Origin: Enterobacteria phage vB_EcoM_IME540
Direction: 5' to 3' (one strand)
DNA length: 64,000 nucleotides
Sequence record: MT150133.1
Part shown: positions 1 to 8,893 of the stretch, one piece after another
Layout of the letters: the number at the start of each line of letters is the position of its first letter
How positions within the stretch are numbered: position 1 is the stretch's first letter
Program-made: the position numbers and the translations under genes
Notes under the pieces: generated by a model
What the model was told of the DNA's origin: nothing
The model's input: only the letters and a program-made list of their open reading frames with translations
The model's database searches: none

Positions 1-877
1 AGATTTTGATGTTATTTCTGAAGCTTTTATAACGTATATAAATTCTATACCGGCCAATAGAATAGTTTGTTTAGTATCTTCTGGTAGATTAAATGCTTCA
101 CAAAAACTTATCGATTGGTTCCGTGCAGCAGGAAGTACCGCATTCCCGACTAAATGGTTAATAGACCGGTTTGAGCCATCTTATTCTGCATTTTATGTTT
201 CAGGAAGGAATGCTATAGTAATGGAACATGTGCTTTATAATGATGGGGTGCTTGTCGAAGATGTTTCTACTCCATTAGAAGTGGTATTTGATGATATCAG
301 CGACGTCGGTGGTACAGGATATCCTGTCAGAATTGTTGAAGACGAAAGCACTTATCTAAGCAATGAGGGAGATGAAATTAAGCGATTTCCTACCGAATCT
401 CCTACCACCCCATTAACAGATTATAACATGAAGCCAGGTGAATTCTTTTACCTTAAGTTTCAATTAATGTGTGACCAAGCTTTAAAAGACGTCGGGACCT
501 CTCAGATGTCTGTTAGATTTTTTAATGCCTCAGGTGCTTTAACCGGGACAGTTAATATGGACGTTCCTTCCAACGTTCCTGCTGGTGCATGGATGACATT
601 TGAACGGGTAGTAATGGTTCCTGAAGGTACTACAGACTTTACCCTTTATGCCAGAAAAACAGCTTCGGCCGGACAAGGTGGAGTTCGAAATGTTATGTTC
701 GGTGAGATATCTGAATCAGAACCTCAGCCAAAACCCGCTGAATTTGGTGTTAACGGTATTCGTATGAACTTTGGTACGGAAACTAAAAATATGGGTACTA
801 CCATAGCCCAGCTATATGATAAAACAGGCACTAAACCCGGTCAGGTTTGGGTCGCTGAATTTAGAGAAAAATATTAA
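1..877 (+). CDS. 35: long tail fiber hinge protein gp35, C-terminal part (5' end lies outside window)
   Basis: Frame of track ORF 221..877 stays open back to position 2 with no stop; sits directly upstream of gp36-gp37-gp38 as in T4-like tail fiber operons; identity is by position only. Confidence 0.5.
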   Translation, partial: DFDVISEAFITYINSIPANRIVCLVSSGRLNASQKLIDWFRAAGSTAFPTKWLIDRFEPSYSAFYVSGRNAIVMEHVLYNDGVLVEDVSTPLEVVFDDISDVGGTGYPVRIVEDESTYLSNEGDEIKRFPTESPTTPLTDYNMKPGEFFYLKFQLMCDQALKDVGTSQMSVRFFNASGALTGTVNMDVPSNVPAGAWMTFERVVMVPEGTTDFTLYARKTASAGQGGVRNVMFGEISESEPQPKPAEFGVNGIRMNFGTETKNMGTTIAQLYDKTGTKPGQVWVAEFREKY

Positions 878-905
878 GGAACCTTCGGGTTCCTTTTTCG
901 TTTTT
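878..905 (+). terminator. intrinsic terminator (GGAACC-TTCG-GGTTCC hairpin plus T-run)
   Basis: Perfect 6-bp GC-rich stem with TTCG loop immediately after gp35 stop, followed by TTTTTCGTTTTT. Confidence 0.6.
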
Positions 906-951
906 ACGGCCATAAATATATAAAAGGCTATAACTCCCAAAGGAAACTCAA

Positions 952-1599
952 ATGGCAGATTTAAAATTAGGTTCTACAGCAGGAGGTTCGGTATTATGGC
1001 ACCAAGGTAATTTTCCCTTAACGCCTGTATCAAACGACCTTCTTTACAAAACATATAAAGTTTACACTGAATATAATAAACCACAAGCCGCTGATAACGA
1101 CTTTGTTTCAAAAGCAAACGGCGGCAATTATAAGAATAACGTGTATTTTGAAAAAGGTTTGACCTTTAATGATACCAATGGATATGGTATTAAATTAGGA
1201 GCAAGAACTGGCGGAGCCCCGTTCACAGCTTCTTTCCGTATTAAAGGTGCTTTTGGATATGAAACGGAAGATGGTACACCGTTCGTTATATTTGACCCAA
1301 GTACAGTAGTGGGTGCTAAACGCCTCACAGTAATGGGTGATTCATTATTCCGCCAAGTATATGACGAATCAGGTCGTGTATTCAGCCCAGGCAACACCCC
1401 TACTAAAGCCCAAGTAGGATTATCGTTAGTAGATAACGCAAAACAGGTCCAAATAAATAATACTAACATGCAAACAATGACCGGAGTACTTGCTGCTCCT
1501 AACTTTATTTCGCTGAATCCGGCCTCTGACGCAGGACACGTTCCTCGTTTTGACCAGATTGTTATTAAAGATTCTATTCAAGATTTTGGTTATTATTAA
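952..1599 (+). CDS. 36: long tail fiber distal subunit gp36
   Basis: N-terminus MADLK.GST.GGSV.WHQGNFPL and C-terminus HVPRFDQIVIKDS.QDFGYY match recalled T4 gp36; 215 aa; gene order 36-37. Confidence 0.9.
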   Translation: MADLKLGSTAGGSVLWHQGNFPLTPVSNDLLYKTYKVYTEYNKPQAADNDFVSKANGGNYKNNVYFEKGLTFNDTNGYGIKLGARTGGAPFTASFRIKGAFGYETEDGTPFVIFDPSTVVGAKRLTVMGDSLFRQVYDESGRVFSPGNTPTKAQVGLSLVDNAKQVQINNTNMQTMTGVLAAPNFISLNPASDAGHVPRFDQIVIKDSIQDFGYY

Positions 1600-1607
1600 G
1601 AGGCATT

Positions 1608-4600
1608 ATGGCTACTTTAAAGCAAATCCAATTTAAAAGAAGTAAAGTAGCCGGTGTACGTCCGACACCGGCCCAGTTGGCTGAAGGCGAACTGGCTATT
1701 AACTTAAAGGACCGATTACTTTTTACTAAAGACGATACCGGAGCGATTATCGACCTTGGCTTTGCTAAAGGTGGTAATATTGACGGCAATGTTATTCATA
1801 CCGGTAACTACAATCAAACCGGTGATTATACCCTAAATGGTACCTTTACCCAAACAGGTGATTTTAATTTAACCGGTATTGCTCGCGTAACTCGTGATAT
1901 TATTGCTGCAGGTCAGATAATGACTGAAGGCGGAGAACTTATTTCTAAGAGTGCTTCAACTTCTCATTTGAGATTCTTTGACGGTGCATCACGTGAACGT
2001 GGTATTATCTTTTCTCCTAATAATGCAGGGTTGACAACTCAGGTAGTTAATATCCGTGTTCAAGATTATGCCGCTGGTAGCGAAAGCACTTATGCATTTT
2101 CAGGCAATGGTCAATTTACTTCACCTGAAGTATCGGCATGGAAATCTATTTCATCCCCACAAATTCTGACCGATAAAGTTATTACAAATGGTAAGAAAGC
2201 TGGCGATTATGATATATCTTCATTAGCAAATAATAATTCTGCCACGGATAAAAACTATTTGCGCGTTGTACGTACCGACCCGGCGTCTGCAATGCTCCAT
2301 GAAATTTGTGAAAATAACGGTATCAGTTGGTATTCTGGTTCAACCCCTACTGATTATATGTTGTCTTTTGCTTATTCTGGCGGTTTTCAAGCTGGACATT
2401 CGATTGCAGTAGGTATGGAATCAGGGCCTATGACATATTCAGCCTTAGGTAAAGGTTCTATTGCTTTGGGTGATAATGATACCGGATTAAAATGGCATCA
2501 AGATGGATATTATTTCAGCGTTAATAACGGCACAAGAACTTTACTGTACGGCCCTGCAGAAACAACTAGCCTAAGAAAATTTGTGGCCGGTTATTCTGTA
2601 AACGGTACCGATTTAACCACTCCTCCGTCGGAAAACTATGCATTAGCCACTGTTGTTACTTACCATGATAATAACGCGTATGGTGATGGCCAAACTCTTT
2701 TAGGTTATTATCAAGGTGGTAATTATCACCACTATTTCCGTGGTAAGGGTACTACAAACGTTAACACTGCAGGTGGTCTGTTAGTTACTCCTGGTAATAT
2801 TGATGTTGTTGGTGGTTCGGTTAATATTGACGGCCGCAACAATGCTTCTACTCTGTTTTTCAGAGGAAATACTACAGGAAATAGTTCAGTTGATAACATG
2901 TCTATCAACGTTTGGGGTAACACCTTTAGTACAGTAGATGGCTTTCGTAAAAACGTGATGGAAATATCTGATGATATTAGTTGGATGCATTATATCCAGC
3001 GCAATAAAGATAATACCATTGAGGCTGTATTAAATGGGCAACAAACTATTAACGAAAATCTTGTTGTTAAAAAAGATATTTTGGTTGATAGAGCGGTCCA
3101 CACCGCTGGTGAAATTACTACAAATGCTGTTAACGGGCTCCGCATCTGGAACAACGATTACGGGGTCATTTTTAGACGTTCAGAAGGAAGTCTTCACATT
3201 ATTCCTACTGCATTTGGTGAAGGTAAAAATGGTGATATCGGACCACTTCGTCCATTTAGTTTGGCTTTAGATACCGGTAAGGTTGTTATTCCTGACTTGG
3301 ATTTGAGTTATGCTTCTTTTGCAGCAAACGGCTATATTAAATTCGGTGGACATGGTGCAGGTGCAGGCGGTTACGATATTCAATATGCACAAGCAGCTCC
3401 TGTTTTCCAAGAAATTGATGATGATGCTATAAACAAATATTATCCTATTGTTAAACAGAAGTTTTTAAACAGCAAAGCTGTTTGGTCTTTAGGTACTGAA
3501 ATTAATTCAGGTACATTTGTTTTACACCATATCAAAGAAGATGGTTCACAAGGCCATACATCAAGATTTAACGCTGATGGTACAGTTAACTTTCCGGATA
3601 ACGTTCTGGTCGATGGTGGTATTAACATGAAAGGCGTGATGACTTTTGACGCCGGACATTTAGGATCACAAGATTATTTTAAATTTAACCATTTGGGTGA
3701 TAGTAATAATGCTCGTGATAACATCATCCAGTTAGAAGATAGTCAAGGCGCTCATTTTTCCACTGAACGTACTTTAGCGACAGGTGCAATTAAAACTCGT
3801 TTCTTTGGCGAAACATCCACTGATGGTACATTATACCTAAATCAGATGAATAATAGCTCTGAACGATTCTCTATTAATAATTGGGGAAATTCAGAAGTTG
3901 GTCGCGCGGCAGTGATGGAAGTCAAAGATTCCAAAGGTTATCACTTCTATACTGAACGCAGGACAGATAACAGTTTGAATTTTGATGTTGGTGGCAATTT
4001 TACTGCGCATGGACCTTCCGGAATAACCATCAAAAACTCTGCTGGCGCTCGCCACATCTGGTTTAAAGATGATAGCGAATCGGAAAAGGCTGTTATCTGG
4101 GCTACAGATGAGGGTATTTTACATATACGAAATAATTATGGGGGTTCATTTAGTCATCACTTCCGGGGTGCAATGATTCTAGCGGAAGAGCGTGTTCCAT
4201 ATAATAGTGAATACGCTCTTATCCGTGGTAATATTTCCGGTGGTGCATGGGTAGACTGGCGAGATCGTCCGGCTGGATTGTTGGTAGACTGTCAGGACTC
4301 ACGAAATCAAGCATATAACATTTGGAAAGCTACTCATTGGGGCGAACAGCACATTGCGGCGATGGGTGTTCATGCCGGCGGTGGTAATCCTCATGTTGTA
4401 TTGCATGTGGGTGGGAGTGATTACGCATTTGGATTTAACGGTGATTTTACTGCTGGTGCTGCTGTATATTGTAACGACGTTTATATTCGTTCTGACCGTC
4501 GTCTGAAAATTAATGTTGAAGACTACGAAGAGAATGCGGTGGATAAGGTAAATAAACTCAAAGTTAAAACCTATGATAAAGTTAAATCTCTTTCTGACCG

Positions 4601-4844
4601 CGAAGTTATCGGCCATGAGATTGGTATTATCGCACAGGATTTGCAAGAAGTATTACCGGAAGCTGTTAGCACTTCTAGTGTCGGATCTCAGGATAACCCA
4701 GAAGAAATTTTAACAATTTCTAACTCCGCTGTGAATGCTCTTTTAATTAGGGCCATTCAGGAAATGAGTGAAGAAATTAAAGAATTGAAAACGCCTTTCT
4801 TCACTAAAATTGCTCGCAAAATTGGTAAATACTTTAAATTCTAA
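1608..4844 (+). CDS. 37: long tail fiber distal subunit gp37 with C-terminal intramolecular chaperone-like domain
   Basis: N-terminus MATLKQIQFKRSK.AG.RP...AEGELAINLKDR matches T4 gp37; 1078 aa; C-terminal ~120 aa (DRRLKINVEDY...IGHEIGIIAQDLQEVLPEAV) resembles the self-cleaving chaperone domain of fibers and endosialidases; SD AAGAGG. Confidence 0.93.
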   Translation: MATLKQIQFKRSKVAGVRPTPAQLAEGELAINLKDRLLFTKDDTGAIIDLGFAKGGNIDGNVIHTGNYNQTGDYTLNGTFTQTGDFNLTGIARVTRDIIAAGQIMTEGGELISKSASTSHLRFFDGASRERGIIFSPNNAGLTTQVVNIRVQDYAAGSESTYAFSGNGQFTSPEVSAWKSISSPQILTDKVITNGKKAGDYDISSLANNNSATDKNYLRVVRTDPASAMLHEICENNGISWYSGSTPTDYMLSFAYSGGFQAGHSIAVGMESGPMTYSALGKGSIALGDNDTGLKWHQDGYYFSVNNGTRTLLYGPAETTSLRKFVAGYSVNGTDLTTPPSENYALATVVTYHDNNAYGDGQTLLGYYQGGNYHHYFRGKGTTNVNTAGGLLVTPGNIDVVGGSVNIDGRNNASTLFFRGNTTGNSSVDNMSINVWGNTFSTVDGFRKNVMEISDDISWMHYIQRNKDNTIEAVLNGQQTINENLVVKKDILVDRAVHTAGEITTNAVNGLRIWNNDYGVIFRRSEGSLHIIPTAFGEGKNGDIGPLRPFSLALDTGKVVIPDLDLSYASFAANGYIKFGGHGAGAGGYDIQYAQAAPVFQEIDDDAINKYYPIVKQKFLNSKAVWSLGTEINSGTFVLHHIKEDGSQGHTSRFNADGTVNFPDNVLVDGGINMKGVMTFDAGHLGSQDYFKFNHLGDSNNARDNIIQLEDSQGAHFSTERTLATGAIKTRFFGETSTDGTLYLNQMNNSSERFSINNWGNSEVGRAAVMEVKDSKGYHFYTERRTDNSLNFDVGGNFTAHGPSGITIKNSAGARHIWFKDDSESEKAVIWATDEGILHIRNNYGGSFSHHFRGAMILAEERVPYNSEYALIRGNISGGAWVDWRDRPAGLLVDCQDSRNQAYNIWKATHWGEQHIAAMGVHAGGGNPHVVLHVGGSDYAFGFNGDFTAGAAVYCNDVYIRSDRRLKINVEDYEENAVDKVNKLKVKTYDKVKSLSDREVIGHEIGIIAQDLQEVLPEAVSTSSVGSQDNPEEILTISNSAVNALLIRAIQEMSEEIKELKTPFFTKIARKIGKYFKF

Positions 4845-4877
4845 TAACAAGGGGCAATGCCCCTTTGGAGATAAATT

Positions 4878-5681
4878 ATGGCAGTAGTTGGTGTTCCTGG
4901 TTGGATTGGAAGTTCAGCCGTAAATGAAACGGGCCAGCGCTGGATGAGTCAAGCGGCTGGTCAATTAAGATTAGGTGTTCCTTGCTGGATGAGTCAATTT
5001 GCAGGTCGCTCAAGAGAAATTATTCATACACTTGGAGCGGACCACAACTTTAACGGACAATGGTTTAGAGACCGTTGTTTTGAAGCCGGTGCTGCACCTA
5101 TTGTGTTTAATATTGTAGGCGATATAGTATCTTACGACCGTAACGTTCCGCTGTTCTTTATGAATGGTGATACTCCTAATGAATATGTTACTTTGAATAT
5201 TCATGGTGGGGTTCATATGTGGGGACGTGGTGGTCATGGCGGTTGGACCCACTCAGGTGGAGACGGTAACGGTCAATGGGGTGGCGATTGTATAGTCAAC
5301 CATATAGGTCATAGACTACGTATTTGGAACTATGGGGTTATCTGTGGCGGTGGCGGTGGTGGTGGTGGCATTGCGTATCGTCCTCACTCAGGTGCTAACT
5401 GGCAAGATATCGGTGGTGGTGGTGGACGTCCATTTGGTCCTGGTGGCGGTGGTGGATACTCCGGTGGTGGTGCTTCTTATGAAAGCCCTGGTGGTGGATA
5501 CGATTATGGTAATGCCCACTCAGGTCGTGGCGGTGATGCTGGCGGCGCTGGCGGCAACGCATGGAATGATGGTGGTAAAGTTCTTAAAGTTGGGGCTGGG
5601 GGCGGTTCTGGAGCTGCTGTTGCCATTTCTGCTCCTGCATGGGGCGCGACAGGTACGATTTACGGTCCTTGGCTTAGTTAA
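4878..5681 (+). CDS. 38: tail fiber tip adhesin gp38 (T2/T6-type, glycine-rich motifs)
   Basis: 267 aa directly after gp37; several poly-Gly stretches (GGGGGGGG, GGGGG) separated by short variable segments, as in T2-type receptor-binding gp38; SD GGAG. Confidence 0.8.
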   Translation: MAVVGVPGWIGSSAVNETGQRWMSQAAGQLRLGVPCWMSQFAGRSREIIHTLGADHNFNGQWFRDRCFEAGAAPIVFNIVGDIVSYDRNVPLFFMNGDTPNEYVTLNIHGGVHMWGRGGHGGWTHSGGDGNGQWGGDCIVNHIGHRLRIWNYGVICGGGGGGGGIAYRPHSGANWQDIGGGGGRPFGPGGGGGYSGGGASYESPGGGYDYGNAHSGRGGDAGGAGGNAWNDGGKVLKVGAGGGSGAAVAISAPAWGATGTIYGPWLS

Positions 5682-5686
5682 GAAAT

Positions 5687-5694
5687 TATAAATA
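5687..5694 (+). promoter_or_regulatory. T4-type late promoter core TATAAATA
   Basis: Exact TATAAATA about 19 nt upstream of holin start, followed by SD AAGGAG. Confidence 0.55.
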
Positions 5695-5712
5695 TCTTTA
5701 AAGGAGAAAAGT

Positions 5713-6366
5713 ATGGAACCAAAAGTAGGAATATCATTATCAGACCTACTTTTTGGACTTCTTGATAGAATTTTTAAAGATACTTCTTCCGGGAAAGTAG
5801 TTTTTTCCCGGGTCCTAGTCGTGATATTATTGTTCTTTATGGCATTGGTTTGGTATAAAGGCGAGTATATTCTAAACTTTTATAAAGAGACAACTTATGC
5901 CTCTTATACTGAAATGATTAGACAAGACCAGGACAATAGATTTAAAATTGCGGCTATCGAGCAGCTCCGAATAGTGCATTCTTCTTCAGGCGCAGACTTC
6001 ACAGCAATATATTCTTTTAGACCAACCAACATGAATTATTTTGTGGATATGGTGGCTTACGAGGGTAAATTACCGGAAACGGTAGACGCAAAAAATACGG
6101 GAGGGTTTCCAATTGACAAAACGTCAGTAGAATATATGGTGGGAGTTAACGGGAACTATTTTGAATCAAGTACCGAAACTGTATTCCTTCCTACAAAGAA
6201 GAAAACACAATTCACGTATATGTTTTCGTGCCCGTTTTTTAATTTGGATAACGTCTACGCCGGCTCGATATCGTTGTACTGGTATGATATCAAACCGGAT
6301 TTAGGATTTCCTAGACTTTCGTCTATGTGCGGTCAGGCTGGGAGGACATTAGGTCGAACACGTTAG
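5713..6366 (+). CDS. t: holin T
   Basis: 217 aa; strong match to recalled T4 holin (LFG.LDR.FKD...GKV..SRV.VVILLF.MA.VWY, YSFRP.N.NYFVD..AYEGKLP, FLPTKK, YMFSCPFFNLDN.YAG). Confidence 0.95.
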   Translation: MEPKVGISLSDLLFGLLDRIFKDTSSGKVVFSRVLVVILLFFMALVWYKGEYILNFYKETTYASYTEMIRQDQDNRFKIAAIEQLRIVHSSSGADFTAIYSFRPTNMNYFVDMVAYEGKLPETVDAKNTGGFPIDKTSVEYMVGVNGNYFESSTETVFLPTKKKTQFTYMFSCPFFNLDNVYAGSISLYWYDIKPDLGFPRLSSMCGQAGRTLGRTR

Positions 6367-6638
6367 AAATTGGAGGTATACATCATTAAGTAACGGTGTA
6401 TATCTTCATACCCTTCATTAAATTGCTCAATAAGAGTGTCACGTTCATCTTCAGTTAATGACTTAAATAATTTGTTATAAGACAAACCATTAAGTTCCTT
6501 TCCATGTTCATTACGAATACCCAACTCATTCAAAAAGGCAATAAACTCATCACGACGTTGCATGATGTCTTCACAATCCGTTTTAATCAAAATGGAAACA
6601 ATAGTAGCAATTTCGGAAACAATTTCAATTTTAGTCAT
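6363..6638 (-). CDS. asiA: anti-sigma70 factor AsiA
   Basis: 91 aa; matches recalled T4 AsiA (ASILIK, FIAFLNE.G, LI.EFNEG.E...RYL.MYT); SD GAAGAGAA. Confidence 0.93.
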   Translation of the reverse strand: MTKIEIVSEIATIVSILIKTDCEDIMQRRDEFIAFLNELGIRNEHGKELNGLSYNKLFKSLTEDERDTLIEQFNEGYEDIHRYLMMYTSNF

Positions 6639-6681
6639 AATATTCTCTTCAATTCAGTACGTGTCATTATCTGATAGGGCT

Positions 6682-6710
6682 ATACTAACATATCCTTAGG
6701 GATTGTAAAC
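6682..6710 (-). promoter_or_regulatory. early sigma70-type promoter (-35 GTTTAC, 17-nt spacer, TGn-extended -10 TAGTAT)
   Basis: GTTTAC at 6705..6710 and TAGTAT at 6682..6687 on minus strand, 43 nt upstream of asiA ATG; leader starts AGCCCTATCA. Confidence 0.5.
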
Positions 6711-6854
6711 ATGTCCTTCGTTCTTTTTAACATATTCCTGATACATCTCTTCTATTGGTTCCTGGAACTTAAAATCAGCTCCCAGGAATTCCTCAAAGCA
6801 CTCCTGATCACGCGTACGCATGCCTGTTACGGTATTCTCTAAGTTATGACTCAT
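6696..6854 (-). CDS. hypothetical small protein (52 aa)
   Basis: Sub-threshold ORF MSHNLENTVTGMRTRDQECFEEFLGADFKFQEPIEEMYQEYVKKNEGHVYNP filling the gap between arn-region gene and asiA; SD-like AAGGGTAAAGG; speculative. Confidence 0.3.
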   Translation of the reverse strand: MSHNLENTVTGMRTRDQECFEEFLGADFKFQEPIEEMYQEYVKKNEGHVYNP

Positions 6855-6943
6855 AGCCTTTACCCTTATGTTTCTGTTTACGTTTAGACTCTTTAAAGTT
6901 TTTCTTCTTATCCTTATGGACAGAAGCCTTATTGAAATCGTGC

Positions 6944-7225
6944 TTAGCTACCAGATTGTTCACGTAATTTCCTTAATTGATATTCAAGAGAGCTGATAAT
7001 TTCTTTATTAGTTGCAATATACATATCACGTAGGAACGGCTTCAACCCTTCCATATTCCCATGGATTGTCTTGGAACTAATATTCTTTATATATTCATGG
7101 TCCAATGCATCCCAAGCTGGTTGGTTGACATAAGTTCCCCAGTTGTCTTCCACCATAACATTAAGACGTTTAATATGGTTAATATGGGCTTCGATTGCAT
7201 CAATCTGGAGTTGTTTAAGATTCAT
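6944..7225 (-). CDS. hypothetical protein (arn-region position)
   Basis: 93-aa ORF in gene string; start overlaps upstream stop (TAATG); T4 Arn is similar in size and position but sequence identity not verified. Confidence 0.6.
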   Translation of the reverse strand: MNLKQLQIDAIEAHINHIKRLNVMVEDNWGTYVNQPAWDALDHEYIKNISSKTIHGNMEGLKPFLRDMYIATNKEIISSLEYQLRKLREQSGS

Positions 7226-7713
7226 TAGTAAAGGTCCTCAGAGTAAAGTTCTTTTTCACTACCACCACGTTCAATACGTACTTGTCCGGCGTAAGTTGCA
7301 ATAATCATTGCTTCTTCACGGGTCCAATAGTTTGAATATTGGTCAATAAAGCCTTGGTCATCACCACAAACATGGTCTGATACAAGTTTATCACTTACCT
7401 GGTCAAGAACTTCAGCCATATCTTTAGAATAATGACGAGCGCCAGGAATAACCAGAGTCCCACCATCTTTTAACTTAAAGCGGTTGGCTGCACACACAAT
7501 TCGACGTTGATATTTTTCATTATTGTTCCAATAGGCAATCTGCCAACAGATTTCAGGAACCTCTTCTAAAACATCCTCTTCCGTATATTTGGTGTAGTCG
7601 CCATAGGCCTGTAATTTAGCTGCTAGACTTTCGGGCGTCTCACGAGAAAGAGCTTTATCTAATAAGGCCATTCGGTCTTTAAAGGATAATTCTTTACCTT
7701 TTAATGGATTCAT
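7225..7713 (-). CDS. hypothetical protein
   Basis: Track ORF begins at TTG; likely ATG start MNPLKGK at 7713 overlapping upstream stop (ATGA). Confidence 0.65.
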   Translation of the reverse strand: MNPLKGKELSFKDRMALLDKALSRETPESLAAKLQAYGDYTKYTEEDVLEEVPEICWQIAYWNNNEKYQRRIVCAANRFKLKDGGTLVIPGARHYSKDMAEVLDQVSDKLVSDHVCGDDQGFIDQYSNYWTREEAMIIATYAGQVRIERGGSEKELYSEDLY

Positions 7714-8039
7714 TTGAACCAACCTTTAACACGTTGCCACAGACTTTTCTGTTGAGCTTTATTAACACCAATTGAACGAATGACAGGTTGTGATTCCTGG
7801 TATTCTTTATAGTCTGCTTTATAAACTTCGTAAGCTGCGTCAACAAAGGAAGAAATAGCTGCCATATAATTTTTACGAATACCGAGTGGTGCTTTTCCAT
7901 CGTCACGATGAATAAAGTATGAACCGGCTTTAATCTTCACAATACTTCCGAGATAAGCACCATGATACCAAATGTCCCAACCTTCTTGAGTAGGTTCTGC
8001 ACAACGACGAAGTTCATTAACAATATTCAGCTTGTTCAT
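7710..8039 (-). CDS. hypothetical protein
   Basis: 109 aa; SD GAGGAAATT before ATG; co-directional in motA-asiA early cluster. Confidence 0.65.
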   Translation of the reverse strand: MNKLNIVNELRRCAEPTQEGWDIWYHGAYLGSIVKIKAGSYFIHRDDGKAPLGIRKNYMAAISSFVDAAYEVYKADYKEYQESQPVIRSIGVNKAQQKSLWQRVKGWFK

Positions 8040-8049
8040 AATAATTTCC

Positions 8050-8682
8050 TCAGATTGCGTTAGTTACGGTTTTGATAACTTCAGATGATACATTTTGGAA
8101 GTCGATATAAGTATTCTTACCACCAGTCTTAATCTTAACATCAAGATTCAAGGAAGTAAACACTTGTTTTTCTTTATCAGTCATATTATAACCGAAGATA
8201 CGCATCATTCCGTCGCGACGGACTTCGATTTGACGAATACCATTGGTGCGTTTAGCGAATCGAACTTCAAGGTTGCTACGGTTTTCAGCAATTTCACGAA
8301 TCTCGATACGGTCTTCTAATAAAGCTTTAACTTCATCAGCCAGAGTTACCATTTCAGGAGTAACACCACGTGAACTGCGTGTTTTACGTTTTTCCAACAT
8401 CTCTGGAGCATTTTCAGAAGCGAACAGGTCGGCAGCTTTTTGAACTAGGTCCATTGCTTCACCTGTAGCCACTAAACCATCACCAGATTTTTCGATGAAT
8501 CCTTTCTTAATCAATACACCGATGTTAGAGTTAACTACCGCAGCACTAAATTGCTCACTCAGGGCTTCACGGACTTCGCCTGAAGTGATGAAGTTATGCT
8601 TGATGATATGTACTAAGATCGAAGCAGTTTTTTCATTCAGGACGTCTTCAGAAGCTTTGATGATATAAGTAATTTTAGACAT
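8050..8682 (-). CDS. motA: middle-transcription activator MotA
   Basis: Matches recalled T4 MotA (MSK.TYIIKAS.DVLNEKTA, VNSNIGVLIKKG..EKSGDGL..TGEA, KRTNGIR, MRIFGY.M); track start is GTG, true start ATG MSKITY with SD GGAGA. Confidence 0.93.
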   Translation of the reverse strand: MSKITYIIKASEDVLNEKTASILVHIIKHNFITSGEVREALSEQFSAAVVNSNIGVLIKKGFIEKSGDGLVATGEAMDLVQKAADLFASENAPEMLEKRKTRSSRGVTPEMVTLADEVKALLEDRIEIREIAENRSNLEVRFAKRTNGIRQIEVRRDGMMRIFGYNMTDKEKQVFTSLNLDVKIKTGGKNTYIDFQNVSSEVIKTVTNAI

Positions 8683-8720
8683 TTTGTATCTCCATTTCAC
8701 TCTATTGTTTTGATAGGTCT

Positions 8721-8749
8721 ATAGTATCATGTTTAAAGCAGAAGTAAAC
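8721..8749 (-). promoter_or_regulatory. early promoter (-35 GTTTAC, TGa-extended -10 TACTAT)
   Basis: Minus strand GTTTAC-TTCTGCTTTAAACATGA-TACTAT, then conserved leader AGACCTATCAA, 38 nt upstream of motA ATG. Confidence 0.6.
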
Positions 8750-8767
8750 ACTTTTTTCACTAAACCC

Positions 8768-8788
8768 AAAAAAGAACCCGAAGGTTCC
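8768..8788 (-). terminator. intrinsic terminator (GGAACC-TTCG-GGTTC hairpin plus TTTTTT)
   Basis: GC stem with TTCG loop and T-run on minus strand right after the micro-ORF that follows gene 52. Confidence 0.6.
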
Positions 8789-8893
8789 TTACTTTTTAAA
8801 GTGGGCCGCTATTAAACCTATAGCTAAGCCTGTCGCCAGGCCTAGAATAACAGCAAAGATACAGAGTAACAAGAACTCGACTCCAAGGCTCAT
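8789..8893 (-). CDS. small hydrophobic peptide (34 aa), translationally coupled to gp52
   Basis: ATG overlaps gp52 TGA stop (ATGA); sequence MSLGVEFLLLCIFAVILGLATGLAIGLIAAHFKK is a single predicted transmembrane helix; sub-threshold ORF. Confidence 0.45.
   Translation of the reverse strand: MSLGVEFLLLCIFAVILGLATGLAIGLIAAHFKK

Noticed and set aside
901-951. Late promoter upstream of gene 36 (ATAAATATATAAAAGG)
   Set aside because: No exact TATAAATA; the closest 8-mers have two mismatches, so it is not called.
1128-1469. Minus-strand 113-aa ORF inside gene 36
   Set aside because: Fully antisense to a confidently identified tail fiber gene, with no SD or promoter.
5340-5600. Repetitive GGTGGTGGC tracts that could be taken for a tandem repeat or CRISPR-like array
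   Set aside because: They are in frame inside gp38 and encode its poly-glycine motifs; there are no spacer-repeat units of regular length.
5332-5691. 119-aa plus-strand ORF overlapping gene 38 in another frame (Val/Leu-rich)
   Set aside because: It is the alternate-frame reading of the GGT/GGC-rich glycine repeats of gp38 and has no independent start signal.
8731-8740. MotA-box-like TGCTTTA inside the motA promoter spacer
   Set aside because: It lies only about 7 nt from the -10, not the 11-13 nt required for a middle promoter; the element is better explained as an early promoter.
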